A stretch of DNA of 64,000 nt. Origin: Candidatus Palauibacter irciniicola (GTDB lineage: Bacteria; Gemmatimonadota; Gemmatimonadetes; Palauibacterales; Palauibacteraceae). Each line of letters starts with the position of its first letter. Position 1 is the stretch's first letter. Of this stretch, positions 1 through 9,919 are shown piece after piece. Made by a program: the position numbers and the translations under genes. A model generated the notes under the pieces. It did no database searches and was not told the origin of the DNA. It saw only the letters and a list, made by a program, of their open reading frames with translations. The stretch lies in the NCBI GenBank assembly GCA_009836005.1, contig VXWG01000088.1:17169-81168 (forward strand). Direction: 5' to 3'.

Positions 1-74
1 CCACCCCGCCGTAGCAGCCCGCGAGAAGACTCCGCCGCGTTCGAAGGGTGCCTCGAATGGCCGGGGGACCTGGC

Positions 75-488
75 TCAGGCGTGCGATTCCGCCGTCGGAA
101 CGACGAGTTCGAGTTCCGTGTGGCGGGCGATGGTATCGAAGTCGCGATTCCGGGCCAGCAGGGGGCGACGCGCATCCAGGGCCGCAGCGGCGACGAGGCA
201 GTCTACCAGGGACCGAATCGTACGTCCCGCCCGCTGACACGTGCGGTAGATCCGCGCCGCGCTCTGGAACTGGCCCAGCGAGTCGGGGACCAGGATCTCG
301 AAGCGGCCGAGCAGCTTCAACAGATCCGACTCCTCGGTTTCGTTGCGACAGCCTGAAAGGAGTTCCAGGACCGCGGGAGCGGGCGTGGCGATCGCATTCC
401 CGGCCCGTACGGCGTCGTCCAGGCAGAGGTCGAAGGGGCTCTCTGTCTGGCGCAGGTACTCGATCCACGCGGACGTGTCGACGATCAC
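75..488 (-). CDS. vapC: PIN-domain toxin VapC (type II TA)
   Basis: PIN motif VIVDTSAW...D...D in the C-terminal 137 aa of track ORF 75..812. A GTG start at 488 overlaps the upstream antitoxin stop as GTGA. The track's N-terminal extension is Arg-rich low-complexity read-through. Confidence 0.8.
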   Translation of the reverse strand: MIVDTSAWIEYLRQTESPFDLCLDDAVRAGNAIATPAPAVLELLSGCRNETEESDLLKLLGRFEILVPDSLGQFQSAARIYRTCQRAGRTIRSLVDCLVAAAALDARRPLLARNRDFDTIARHTELELVVPTAESHA

Positions 489-901
489 AGGGGCTCGACC
501 GTGTTGCCGTCTCGCATTTCGTCCAGATCTCCCGCCCATCCCGCGCCGCGCATGGCGAGCGCCTCCTCCTTCGTCATCGGGACGAAGGACTGGCGGAACA
601 CGGCTTCCTTCACGGCCGCCGACCAATTGGCTCGTCCGTACCGCTTGCGCACCGCCTCCAGATCGCGCTCCGGCAACCTCACTTCCAGATCGACGAACCG
701 CAGGCCGGCGGACTCGGCGGTGCCGTATCGCGGCTCCGCCTCGCGCACGGCGAAGACGGCGCCGCCCCTCAACTCGCGTTCGCGCGCCTCCCGCAACGCT
801 CGCCGGACCCACGCGGACACCGTGACGCGGTTGCGCCGCGCCGCATCGCGGATCTCATCCAGCTCCGCCTCCGGCATCACCACCTGCAGTCTCGTACTCA
901 T
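485..901 (-). CDS. vapB: ribbon-helix-helix antitoxin (VapB-like)
   Basis: N-terminus [41 protein letters not shown] is a typical RHH/CopG fold. It lies immediately upstream of the PIN gene and overlaps it by 4 nt. The ATG is at 901..899. Confidence 0.75.
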   Translation of the reverse strand: MSTRLQVVMPEAELDEIRDAARRNRVTVSAWVRRALREARERELRGGAVFAVREAEPRYGTAESAGLRFVDLEVRLPERDLEAVRKRYGRANWSAAVKEAVFRQSFVPMTKEEALAMRGAGWAGDLDEMRDGNTVEPL

Positions 902-933
902 AACATGAGTATATTATGCTCATGACGTGTCAT
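895..933 (-). promoter_or_regulatory. putative vapBC promoter/operator (ACTCAT-aac-ATGAGT and CATGAC-gt-GTCATG inverted repeats, TATATTAT box)
   Basis: AT-rich patch in a 70% GC genome directly at and upstream of the vapB start. Two perfect 6-bp-arm inverted repeats are present. This fits the usual autoregulated RHH operator arrangement. Confidence 0.4.
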
Positions 934-978
934 GCCGCAACGAGTCTCCGGGGTTCCGCCCCCGTCGCGACGTAGAGG

Positions 979-1983
979 TCAGTCCTTGGAGAAGGCGGCG
1001 TCGAAGGCGGTGGCGGAGGGGGGGAAGGTCATGGCGCGGAGCCGTTCGCACGCTTCCCGGGCGCCGTGTTCGCGGTCCATGCCGCTGTCCTCCCACTCGA
1101 TCGAGAGGGGGCCGTCGTAGCCGACGCGGTCGAGGGCGCGCAGGGTCTCCTCGAAGTCCACGCGGCCGCGCCCGATGGAGCGGAAGTCCCAGCCGCGGTC
1201 CGCGTGCCCGAAGTCGAGGTGGCCGCCGAAGGCGCCGGAGCGGCGCGGGGTGTCGGACCACCACACGTCCTTCATGTGGGCGTGGTGGATGCGGTCGCCG
1301 AACTCGAGGATGAAGCCGACGTAGTCCACGCCCTGGTAGGCGAGGTGGCTGGGGTCGTAGTTGAAGCCGAACGCGGCGTGACCCGCCACGGCCTCCACGG
1401 CGCGCGCCGCGCTGGCCGCGTCGAAGGCGATCTCCGTCGGGTGCACCTCGAGGGCGAACTTCACGCCGGCCGCGTCGAAGGCGTCGAGGATCGGGTTCCA
1501 GCGGTCGGCGAAGTCGGCGAAGCCGGCCTCCACGAAGCCGGGCGGGTGCGGGGGGAAGGCGTAGGCGGCGGCCCAGATCGAGCTGCCGGTGAAGCCGTTC
1601 ACGACCGGGACGCCGAGCGCGGCCGCCGCGGCCGCCGACCGGCTCATTTCCGCCGCGGCCCGCCGCCGCACGGCCTCGGGGTCGCCGTCGCCCCACACGC
1701 GCTCCGGCAGAATGAGCTGGTGGCGGGCGTCGATCGGGTCGCACACGGCCTGGCCGACGAGGTGGTTGGAGATCGCGTGCACCTCGAGGCCGTGAGCCGC
1801 CAGCAGGTCGCGCTGCCCGGCCGCGTAGCCGTCCTCCTCTGTCGCGCGCACGACGTCGAAGTGGTCCCCCCAGCAGGCAAGCTCGAGCCCGTCGTAGCCC
1901 CACTCGGCCGCCCTGGCCGCGAGCGGCTCCAGCGGCATGTCCGCCCACTGGCCGGTGAACAGCGTGATCGGTCGTGCACTCAT
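979..1983 (-). CDS. sugar phosphate isomerase/epimerase (xylose-isomerase-like TIM barrel)
   Basis: Family-like sequence (AP-endonuclease-2/TIM barrel, HxD...E...H...D...E metal ligands). ATG at 1983 overlaps the oxidoreductase stop as ATGA. The track ORF is extended to 2118. Confidence 0.8.
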   Translation of the reverse strand: MSARPITLFTGQWADMPLEPLAARAAEWGYDGLELACWGDHFDVVRATEEDGYAAGQRDLLAAHGLEVHAISNHLVGQAVCDPIDARHQLILPERVWGDGDPEAVRRRAAAEMSRSAAAAAALGVPVVNGFTGSSIWAAAYAFPPHPPGFVEAGFADFADRWNPILDAFDAAGVKFALEVHPTEIAFDAASAARAVEAVAGHAAFGFNYDPSHLAYQGVDYVGFILEFGDRIHHAHMKDVWWSDTPRRSGAFGGHLDFGHADRGWDFRSIGRGRVDFEETLRALDRVGYDGPLSIEWEDSGMDREHGAREACERLRAMTFPPSATAFDAAFSKD

Positions 1984-3188
1984 CGCGTCGACTCCCCGGG
2001 CTCCTCGCGTTCGGCAGGCGGCTCTCCCGGCGGTTCGTAGCGCGCGTCCACCCACGCGCCGCGCCGCCCGCTCTCCACCGCCCGCTCGAGGAAATGAACC
2101 CCGCGCGCCCCGTCCCACACCGTGGGGAAGTCGAGCTCCGCCCCGTCCGGCGTCCGCCCCTCGTCGAGCGCGCCGATGGTCGAGATCGCGTTCCGGTACA
2201 GGTTCCCGAATCCCTCAATGAACCCCTCCGGATGACCCGGCGGGACCCGCGACGCCCGCGCGGCCTCCGGCGAGATCCAGCCGTGCCCCCGCCGCCGTGC
2301 GCGCGCCCGCCCGTCCGGCGTCCGGTGCCACAGCGTCTCCGCGTCGCCGTGCCGCCAGGCGATCGAGCCCTCGCTCCCGAACACGCGGATCGCGAGCCCG
2401 TTCTCCTCGCCCGCTGCCACCTGCGACACCGTGAGCGTCCCCCGCACCCCGCCGCTCCAGCGCATGAGCAGGCTCGCGTCGTCCTCGAGACGCCGCCCCG
2501 GCACGAACGTCGTCAGCTCGCCGCACAGCGCCTCGACCTCCAGCCCGGTCACGTAGCGGGCCAGGTGGTGCGCGTGCGTCCCGATGTCCCCCAGCGCCCC
2601 GGCCACCCCCGCCCGCGCCGGGTCCGTGCGCCACGCCGCCTGCGCGTGTCCCGTCTCTTCGAGCGGCGTCGCCAGCCACCCCTGGAAGTACTCGAGTTGA
2701 ACGCGGCGGATCTCCCCGAGCGTCCCGCCGCGAACCAGATGGCGTGCGTCCTTGACCATCGGGTAGCCGCCGTAGTTGTGCGTGAGGGCGAACACGCGAT
2801 CCCCGGCGGCCACGAGCCGGCACAGGGCTTCCGCGTCTCCGAGTTCCGTCGTCAACGGCTTGTCGCACACGACGTGGAAGCCCGCCTCGAGGAAGGTCCG
2901 CGAGACGTCGAAATGGAGGTGGTTCGGCGTGACGACGATCACGAAGTCCAGCCGGTCGTTTCCGGCGCGCGCCGCTTCGGCCGCCGCCATCTCCCCGTAG
3001 CTGCCGTACACGCGGGCCGGGTCCAGTCCGATCTCGGCCCCCTTGGCCGCCGACCGCTCCGGGTCCGACGAGAAAGCGCCGGCCGCGATCCGCGCGAGGC
3101 CATCCAGTTCCGCGGCCATCCGGTGCACGTCTCCGATGAAGGCCCCGGGTCCGCCCCCCACCATCCCGTAGCTGAGGCGGCGCGTCAT
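1980..3188 (-). CDS. Gfo/Idh/MocA family NAD(P)-dependent oxidoreductase
   Basis: N-terminal Rossmann motif [15 protein letters not shown] and the EKP-like region VCDKPL. The ATG at 3188 overlaps the MFS stop as ATGA. Confidence 0.85.
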   Translation of the reverse strand: MTRRLSYGMVGGGPGAFIGDVHRMAAELDGLARIAAGAFSSDPERSAAKGAEIGLDPARVYGSYGEMAAAEAARAGNDRLDFVIVVTPNHLHFDVSRTFLEAGFHVVCDKPLTTELGDAEALCRLVAAGDRVFALTHNYGGYPMVKDARHLVRGGTLGEIRRVQLEYFQGWLATPLEETGHAQAAWRTDPARAGVAGALGDIGTHAHHLARYVTGLEVEALCGELTTFVPGRRLEDDASLLMRWSGGVRGTLTVSQVAAGEENGLAIRVFGSEGSIAWRHGDAETLWHRTPDGRARARRRGHGWISPEAARASRVPPGHPEGFIEGFGNLYRNAISTIGALDEGRTPDGAELDFPTVWDGARGVHFLERAVESGRRGAWVDARYEPPGEPPAEREEPGESTR

Positions 3189-4663
3189 CCGTCGCCCGGC
3201 TCCGTCCCGATCCGCACGGCCCGGTATCCGCCGGCGCGCCGGTCGCGCGAATAGAGGAATCCGAAGATGAGGATGAGCGCTCCCGTGAACGGAAGGATGT
3301 ACCGGAACGAAACCCGTCCCCCGTAGTTGTCCGCCGGCCCGAGGATGGCGTTGGCCCGCTCCGCCAGCGCCTCATCCCCCCCGGAGTTGATGATCGCCCG
3401 CAGCGCGTTCGCCGTGACCGACTCCGGCAGCGCGCCACCCGGCCCCACGCCCGCGAGCGCCTCGCCGACCGCGTCGCCCGCCGCCGCCAGGTCCGGGGCG
3501 GTGCTCTCGTCGGCCCCGGCGAAGGCCGCCTCCGCGTCGGCGAAGAGCGCCTGCGTCTCGACCGCGGGAAGCCGCTCGTGCCCCACTTCGTCGGCGATCC
3601 TTCCCATCCACGGCGTCGTCCACAGCCCGACGACCGCCATCCCGGTCGCCCCCATCATTCCCAGCCCGAGCGCGCCGGAACGCGGCACCCGCTCCGACAC
3701 GAAGCCGAGCATCGTTGGCCAGAAGTAGCACACGCCGACCGCGAACACGGTTGCCGAGGCGAACGCCATCGCCGTCGTCTCCGCGTAGCTGAGCCACAGC
3801 AGTCCCACGACGGAGACCGCCGCGCTCGCCGACAGCACTCCCGTCGGCGAGAGCCGCTCCACCGCGAACCCGGCCCTGTACCGCAGGATCGCCATCAGGC
3901 CGTTGATCCAGGCCAGCACGAGGATTCCCGGAATCCCACCCGCCTCCAGCACTGCGGGCACCCACCGATTCGGCCCCAGTTCCGTCGAGGCCGTGATCGC
4001 CATGCAGAAGAGCATCAGGATCATCAGTGGCGCCATGAACGTGGCCCTGAACATCTCCCCCATGCCCACCCCGGCGCGCACACCCTCGGTCGGCGGGAAC
4101 TCCTCCCGCCACATCAGGTGACCGTAGATGAGGGTGGGGATGAGGATGAGGCCGATCTTCAGTTGCCATGCGGTGAGCCCGACCCAGTTGAGGCCGAAGG
4201 CGAGCACGGAGCCGATCACGATCCCGCCCGGGAACCAGACGTGGAACTGGTTCAGCTTGACCGTTTTCCGCTCCGGATACAGCGCCGCGACCAACGGGTT
4301 GCAGGCGGCCTCGACGAGCCCGTTCCCGAGCGCCAGAGTCAGCGCCCCGGCGAACGCCTGCCAGAAGCCGCCGGCCGTGATGAGCACAGCCGCCCCCACC
4401 AGGTGGCACGCGAAGGCGAGCCGCAGAAGGAACCGCATGCCGAGAACGTCGCAGAACGGGGCGAACACCAGTTGCGACACGGCGAAGCCCCAAATTCCGG
4501 CGCCCGCGATCCAGCCAATATCGGAGTTCGTGAGCGTGAATTCGCCCTTCAGCGTGAGCATGACCGCGCCGACCACCGCGAAGGTGACGGACGTCGCGAT
4601 GAGCGACACGCAACTGGCCAGGAAGAGCCGCTTCGGGCGCACGGAGGACGAGGTCGTATCCAC
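3185..4663 (-). CDS. MFS transporter
   Basis: Twelve hydrophobic segments with MFS-like loop motifs. It is the first gene of a three-gene translationally coupled operon. Confidence 0.8.
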   Translation of the reverse strand: MDTTSSSVRPKRLFLASCVSLIATSVTFAVVGAVMLTLKGEFTLTNSDIGWIAGAGIWGFAVSQLVFAPFCDVLGMRFLLRLAFACHLVGAAVLITAGGFWQAFAGALTLALGNGLVEAACNPLVAALYPERKTVKLNQFHVWFPGGIVIGSVLAFGLNWVGLTAWQLKIGLILIPTLIYGHLMWREEFPPTEGVRAGVGMGEMFRATFMAPLMILMLFCMAITASTELGPNRWVPAVLEAGGIPGILVLAWINGLMAILRYRAGFAVERLSPTGVLSASAAVSVVGLLWLSYAETTAMAFASATVFAVGVCYFWPTMLGFVSERVPRSGALGLGMMGATGMAVVGLWTTPWMGRIADEVGHERLPAVETQALFADAEAAFAGADESTAPDLAAAGDAVGEALAGVGPGGALPESVTANALRAIINSGGDEALAERANAILGPADNYGGRVSFRYILPFTGALILIFGFLYSRDRRAGGYRAVRIGTEPGDG

Positions 4664-4849
4664 GGAAAACTCCTCGGATGGGGTCGGCGGGCACGCTAGC
4701 GCCGCCTCGTCGCCGTCCGCAACGGCGCGGCGACTCCCCCGAATCCCGCAACCCTACCGGCGGGCGAACGCTTCGATCTATTCTGTTCCCAGCGGCTCGC
4801 GGCAGGGCCTTTGCCTCGGGCTGCCAGCCAGGAAACCCAGGAGGATCCC

Positions 4850-7216
4850 GTGAAACGCCTCTCGATCTCGGCCCCATCATCCCTCGTGCTCGCCGTCCTT
4901 GCTGCCGTCGCCGCCATCGCGCTCGCTGCGGCGCCACCGGCCGCTCACGCCCAGTCGCGGCCCCACGCCCCCGACGCGGTGACGGCGAGCGAATACGCCC
5001 GCGCGGAGCAGTTTCTCTTCTGGAACGCGGAGAAGCTCACCTCCGGCGCGACGGTCGCCCCGCGCTGGGTCGACGCGAACCGCTTCTGGTATCGCAACCA
5101 GGTGTTCGGAGGCCACGAGTTCATCATGGTCGACGCGGCGGCCCGCACCCGGGCGCCCGCCTTCGACCACGACCGCCTCGCGGCCGCGCTCTCCGAGGCC
5201 TCCGACGGGAGCCACGAGGCGACGGGTCTCCCCTTCGACGAGTTCGAGTTCAACGACTCCGGCGGGATCCGCTTCTGGACGGACACGTACGAGCGCTGGG
5301 ACTGCGACGTCGGCGCCTACCGCTGCACGGGCCCGGACTCGGTCGCGCAGGCCACGCACGAGATCGAGTACTCCGGCGGCGGCCGCGCCGTGTTCTCCCG
5401 CGACGAGAACCTGTGGGTGCGGGACACCGACACCGACGAGGAACGCCGGCTCTCGACCGACGGCGAGCCGCACTGGGGCTACGGCGTCGCGCCGGAGGGC
5501 TGCTGCTCGGAGATCTCGAACCGTCGCAGGGGCTTCAGGCCGCCGCCCGTGGCCGAGTGGTCGCCGGACGGACGCCGCATCGCCACGCATCGCTACAACG
5601 AGCAGGACGTCGAATCGCTGCATCTGCTCGAGACGGCCACCGGCCGCCCCGTCCTCCACAGCTACCGGTACGCGCTCCCCGGCGACTCCATCGTCCCCAC
5701 GTGGGAACTGTATGTGTTCGACGCCGAGACCGGCGCGTCCGTGAAGGCCGACTATGATCCCGTGCCCGGCTACTTCGGCAGCGCGGACACGACCTGGCAC
5801 GCCACCCAGTGGTCGCCGGACGGCGGCCGCGTCTGGTTCTCGCACCACTCGCGCGACTTCAAGAGCCAGACGCTGGTCGAGGTCGACGCCGAAACGGGCG
5901 CGGCCCGCGAGGTCATCGTCGAGAGCGGGGACACGTGGGTGGAACTGAACCAGCTCCGCACGCCGTACAACTGGCGCGTGCTCGACAACGGGAGCGAGTT
6001 CGTCTGGTTCTCGGAGCGCGAGGGCTGGGGGCACCTCTACCTGCACGACCTCGCCACCGGGGAGATGAAGAACCGGATCACGCAGGGGTCCTGGCTCGTC
6101 GTCCAGCTTCTGGCCCTCGACGAGGACGCGCGGCAGGTCTACTTCACCGCCGTGGGCCGCGAGCCCGGACGCGACCCCTACCAGCACCACCTCTACCGGG
6201 CGTCGCTCGATGGCGGCGGGGTGACGCTCCTTTCACCCGAGGACATGCACCACGACGTCACGGTCTCGCCCGACGGCCGCCACTTCGTGGACACCTATTC
6301 CACGCGCGCGACGGCTCCGGTCACGGTGCTCCGCGACCGTTCGGGCCGTGCGGTGATGACGGTCGAAGAGGCCGATATCGGCCCGCTCCTCGAGGCCGGC
6401 TGGGAGCCCCCGGTGCGATTCTCCGCCAAGGCCCGGGACGGGGTGACCGACGTGTACGGCTTCCTGTGGCTGCCGGCGAACATGGAAGACGGCAAGGTCT
6501 ATCCCGTCATCGACTACATCTATCCGGGACCCCAGATCGGTCCCATCCGGTCGCCGGGCTTCACGACGGGGCCGCGCGGCCAGGGCCACGCCCTCGCCCA
6601 GCTCGGGTTCATCACCTTCGCGGTCGACGCCATGGGCACGCCGTACCGCTCCAAGGCCTTCCACGAGAGCTACTACGGGGACATGCGGGACAACGGGATC
6701 CCGGATCACGTCTCGGCGCTCAAGGCGTTGGCGCTCCGCTATCCCATCGACATCGACCGGGTGGGGATCTTCGGCCACTCCGGGGGCGGTTTCTCCTCCA
6801 CCGACGCCATCCTGAGCTTCCCCGACTTCTTCAAGGTCGCCGTGTCGGGAGCGGGGAATCACGACCAGCGGGGCTACCACTTCCCGTGGGGAGAGAAGTA
6901 CCACGGGCTGCTGGAGCGCTACCCGGACGGGACGGACAGCTTCGACTCGCAGGCGAACCAGAACATCGCCTCGAACCTCAAGGGGAAGCTGCTGCTCCAC
7001 TACGGGTCGCTGGATGACAACGTGCACCCGAACATGACGCTGCTCGTGGCCGACGCCCTCATCGAGGCGAACAAGACGTTCGACATGCTCGTGTTCCCGA
7101 ACCGCAACCACGGCTACGCCCGCGAGCCGTACCTGATCCGGCGCACGTGGGACTACTTCATCGAACACCTCATGGGCTCCCAGCCGCCCGCCGACTACAA
7201 GATCGTGCAGCCGTAA
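4850..7216 (+). CDS. S9 family peptidase (DPP-IV/prolyl oligopeptidase-like), secreted
   Basis: Signal peptide VKRLSISAPSSLVLAVLAAVAAIALAAAPPAAHA follows a GTG start at 4850 preceded by an AGGAGGA RBS. The catalytic nucleophile motif GHSGGG is present, with Asp and His downstream. The N-terminal region is propeller-like. Confidence 0.85.
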   Translation: MKRLSISAPSSLVLAVLAAVAAIALAAAPPAAHAQSRPHAPDAVTASEYARAEQFLFWNAEKLTSGATVAPRWVDANRFWYRNQVFGGHEFIMVDAAARTRAPAFDHDRLAAALSEASDGSHEATGLPFDEFEFNDSGGIRFWTDTYERWDCDVGAYRCTGPDSVAQATHEIEYSGGGRAVFSRDENLWVRDTDTDEERRLSTDGEPHWGYGVAPEGCCSEISNRRRGFRPPPVAEWSPDGRRIATHRYNEQDVESLHLLETATGRPVLHSYRYALPGDSIVPTWELYVFDAETGASVKADYDPVPGYFGSADTTWHATQWSPDGGRVWFSHHSRDFKSQTLVEVDAETGAAREVIVESGDTWVELNQLRTPYNWRVLDNGSEFVWFSEREGWGHLYLHDLATGEMKNRITQGSWLVVQLLALDEDARQVYFTAVGREPGRDPYQHHLYRASLDGGGVTLLSPEDMHHDVTVSPDGRHFVDTYSTRATAPVTVLRDRSGRAVMTVEEADIGPLLEAGWEPPVRFSAKARDGVTDVYGFLWLPANMEDGKVYPVIDYIYPGPQIGPIRSPGFTTGPRGQGHALAQLGFITFAVDAMGTPYRSKAFHESYYGDMRDNGIPDHVSALKALALRYPIDIDRVGIFGHSGGGFSSTDAILSFPDFFKVAVSGAGNHDQRGYHFPWGEKYHGLLERYPDGTDSFDSQANQNIASNLKGKLLLHYGSLDDNVHPNMTLLVADALIEANKTFDMLVFPNRNHGYAREPYLIRRTWDYFIEHLMGSQPPADYKIVQP

Positions 7217-7232
7217 GGCGAGGAAGCCCGAA

Positions 7233-7273
7233 ACGTTCCCGCGGGAACGCCCGGCCTCCGCCGAGGGGCCGGG
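7233..7273 (+). terminator. tandem GC hairpins after the S9 peptidase (ACGTTCCCGCGGGAACG then CCCGGCC-N10-GGCCGGG)
   Basis: A perfect palindrome sits 17 nt after the stop. A second inverted repeat follows it. There is no U-tract. Confidence 0.4.
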
Positions 7274-7346
7274 CGACCCGCTTGTCAGCCTCCCTCGTCC
7301 GCCGCACGTTCAGCCGGACAGCGCCGACCCCTATCCGGAGGACTCC

Positions 7347-8888
7347 ATGCGCCGCGCCCCCGATCGAACGTTCGTGACGCACCTCTGCTGTGTGCTTTCC
7401 ATCTCCCTGTTCGGGCTTCTTGCCTGCGCGCCGGAGGACGGCGGCGAAGAAGGAGCGGGAGCCACGCAGGAGGTCCCGCCCGGCGACGGGTCCGACGAGA
7501 GCCTGATCGCGCGCGGGGAGGCGCTCGAGCTGCCGACGGAGTGGGATCCGCCCCCGGGCGAGCCCATCGTGCACCACACGGCGGGCTTCGCGAAGACGCT
7601 CTGCTCCGGGACCTTCATCACCGGACTCGACTGGCGCGACGCCGCCGCCAATGTGGGCGGCTTCACGGCGCCCTTCCAGCACCGGGGCGCGGTCGTCGAC
7701 ACGGTCGTGGACATGGAGGCGCAGACGGTGAGCCTCACGCTCGGCTCGGGGATCACCCGCACGGCCAAGCTGTACGGCAGCCAGGGCTGCATCACCCAGC
7801 CGCTGGGCCGGGACTCGATCTACTTCACGCCCTCCGTGGTCGAGCCCATGACCCCGGATCCGGCCACCACGCCGTGGCCCATGGGGGACGTGCTCCCGGA
7901 CGAGCCGTACCCGCCCGAGGTCGACATGGACAAGGTCCAGGAGGCGGTCGAGATCGCGATGGACCAGGAGGGGATGACGCTCGGCTTCGTCGTCACCTAC
8001 CAGGGAAGGATCATCGGCGAGGGCTACGGCCCCGGCGTCGACATGCACACCCCGTTCGAGAGCTGGTCGAAGGGGAAGTCGCTCACCGGGACGCTGATGG
8101 CCGTCCTCATCCAGCAGGGCGTGTACGGCCTGTGGCAGCGCGCCCCGATCCCGGAATGGCAGGACGATGAGAGGAAGAACATCCGCATCGCCGACATCAT
8201 GCGGATGTCGAGCGGGATCCGGATCGTCGCGCCGCAGGACCCGGATTACACGGAAGACATGGGGTATCCCGACCACCTCTATCTCTATACGGGAGAGAAC
8301 GCCTTCGAGTGGGCCGCGACGCGCCCGCAGCAGTGGGAGCCGAACACGGTGGGACGGTACCGGAACACCGACCCGGCGCTGACGAACTACCTGGTCCGCC
8401 TCGGCGTCGAGGGGCGCGGCGATGACTATCACGCCTTCCCGCAGCGCAACCTGTTCGACAAGCTCGGGATCCGGAACTTCATCATGGAGACGGACCCGAA
8501 CGGGAACTTCCTCACGCAGGGCTACGAGTTCGGCTCGGCGCGCGACTGGGCGCGGCTCGGCAACCTCTACCTCCAGGACGGCGTGTGGGAGGGCGAGCGC
8601 ATCCTCCCGGAGGGCTACGTCGACTACGCGATGGAGGTCGCCCCCGCCTGGATCACGGACGGGCGGCCGGTCTACGGCGGCGGCTTCGTGTGGAAGGATC
8701 TCGGCTTTCCGATCGAGGACGACTACGGCGCCTTCGCGGGGGCCGGCGGCCAGTACACCGTGTTCATCCCCGCGCGCAGCCTCGTCATCACGCGCCTCGG
8801 CAAGTACACGGGCCAAGGGCCGGGCGGAGAGAACCTGCGAGCCGCGATCGCCCTCCTGATGGAGGCCGTGCCCCCGATCAGCGACTAG
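7347..8888 (+). CDS. serine hydrolase, beta-lactamase/transpeptidase-like family, lipoprotein
   Basis: Lipobox LLAC in the signal peptide. SWSK (SxxK) active-site motif. GGAGGA RBS upstream. Confidence 0.8.
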   Translation: MRRAPDRTFVTHLCCVLSISLFGLLACAPEDGGEEGAGATQEVPPGDGSDESLIARGEALELPTEWDPPPGEPIVHHTAGFAKTLCSGTFITGLDWRDAAANVGGFTAPFQHRGAVVDTVVDMEAQTVSLTLGSGITRTAKLYGSQGCITQPLGRDSIYFTPSVVEPMTPDPATTPWPMGDVLPDEPYPPEVDMDKVQEAVEIAMDQEGMTLGFVVTYQGRIIGEGYGPGVDMHTPFESWSKGKSLTGTLMAVLIQQGVYGLWQRAPIPEWQDDERKNIRIADIMRMSSGIRIVAPQDPDYTEDMGYPDHLYLYTGENAFEWAATRPQQWEPNTVGRYRNTDPALTNYLVRLGVEGRGDDYHAFPQRNLFDKLGIRNFIMETDPNGNFLTQGYEFGSARDWARLGNLYLQDGVWEGERILPEGYVDYAMEVAPAWITDGRPVYGGGFVWKDLGFPIEDDYGAFAGAGGQYTVFIPARSLVITRLGKYTGQGPGGENLRAAIALLMEAVPPISD

Positions 8889-9775
8889 CCGGGCGGCTCC
8901 GGGCGCGCTGCCGCGAGGCGCTCCGCACGAGGGGGAAGGTCCGGGGCGTCGAGGATCGTGGCGACGAGGTCGAAGTCGTCACGGGGGCCCGTCCATTCGA
9001 GGTCATCGACGCTCGCTGAGACCGGGGCGTCGAGGACGAGCGTCGCGAGGCGGCGGAAGAGGAGCGCATCGTCCAGCCCGTTGCGCAGGGTTTGGGCGAG
9101 GCGTTCGGGGCCGCGCACGGAGACGTCCCAGTCTCGTCCGTCCGGGGGGATGTCCTCGATGCGGCCGTAGCGCGCGAGCACCGCGGCGGCCGTCTTGGCG
9201 CCGAAGCCGCGGATGCCTGGGAATCCGTCCGCGGAATCGCCCACAAGGGCCAGCCAGTCGGGGATCGCCGCGGGAGGGACGCCGAACTTCTCGACGACGC
9301 CGGCTTCGTCGCGGAGGAGCCGCTGCCGCCGGTCGAACTGCACGATGCGGTCGTCTTCCACGCACTGGGCGAGGTCCTTGTCCGGCGTGCAGATGTAGAC
9401 GCGCTCCACGCGCGGGTCCGCGGCGGCCATCGAGGCGCCGGCGGCCATCGCGTCGTCCGCCTCGTGCTCCACCATCGGCCACACGACGAACCCCGCCGAG
9501 GCGAGCGCCTCCTCAACGAGCGGGAACTGCGAGTAGAGCGCCGGGTCAATGCCCGAGCCGTCCTTGTAGCCCGGCCACAGGTCGTTGCGGAAGGACTCGA
9601 TGACGCGATCGGTGGCGATCGCGACGTGCGTGGCGCCGCCCTCGAGGAGGCCGAACATCGAAGCCACGACCCCGCGCGCCGCCCCGACCTCGTGGCCACC
9701 GGCGTTTTTAGCCGATGGCGCTCCGTAGAAGTGCCGGAACAACTCGTACGTGCCGTCGATGAGGTGGACCTGCAC
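8885..9775 (-). CDS. 5'-3' exonuclease (FEN/Pol I N-terminal domain family, stand-alone)
   Basis: Acidic metal-binding clusters and an H3TH-like region, for example GDSADGFPGIPGFGAKTA. Confidence 0.8.
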   Translation of the reverse strand: MQVHLIDGTYELFRHFYGAPSAKNAGGHEVGAARGVVASMFGLLEGGATHVAIATDRVIESFRNDLWPGYKDGSGIDPALYSQFPLVEEALASAGFVVWPMVEHEADDAMAAGASMAAADPRVERVYICTPDKDLAQCVEDDRIVQFDRRQRLLRDEAGVVEKFGVPPAAIPDWLALVGDSADGFPGIRGFGAKTAAAVLARYGRIEDIPPDGRDWDVSVRGPERLAQTLRNGLDDALLFRRLATLVLDAPVSASVDDLEWTGPRDDFDLVATILDAPDLPPRAERLAAARPEPPG

Positions 9776-9919
9776 GCGAACTCCGCCTTCCGCTGACGCC
9801 CCGCCGCGACGCTCCGCCCCGCTCCCGCCTCCGAAGCGTCGTGCGTTGGAGCGCGTCGTGCAACGGCCCGCTCCGGGGACTGGTGCCGGAGGGGTGGGGA
9901 CTCGGGAGGAGCGCCGTGC

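Noticed and set aside
48-356. 102-aa + strand ORF at the window start
   Set aside because: It lies wholly antisense to the well-supported PIN toxin gene (75..488). Its composition is Arg/Gly-rich, as in spurious high-GC frames.
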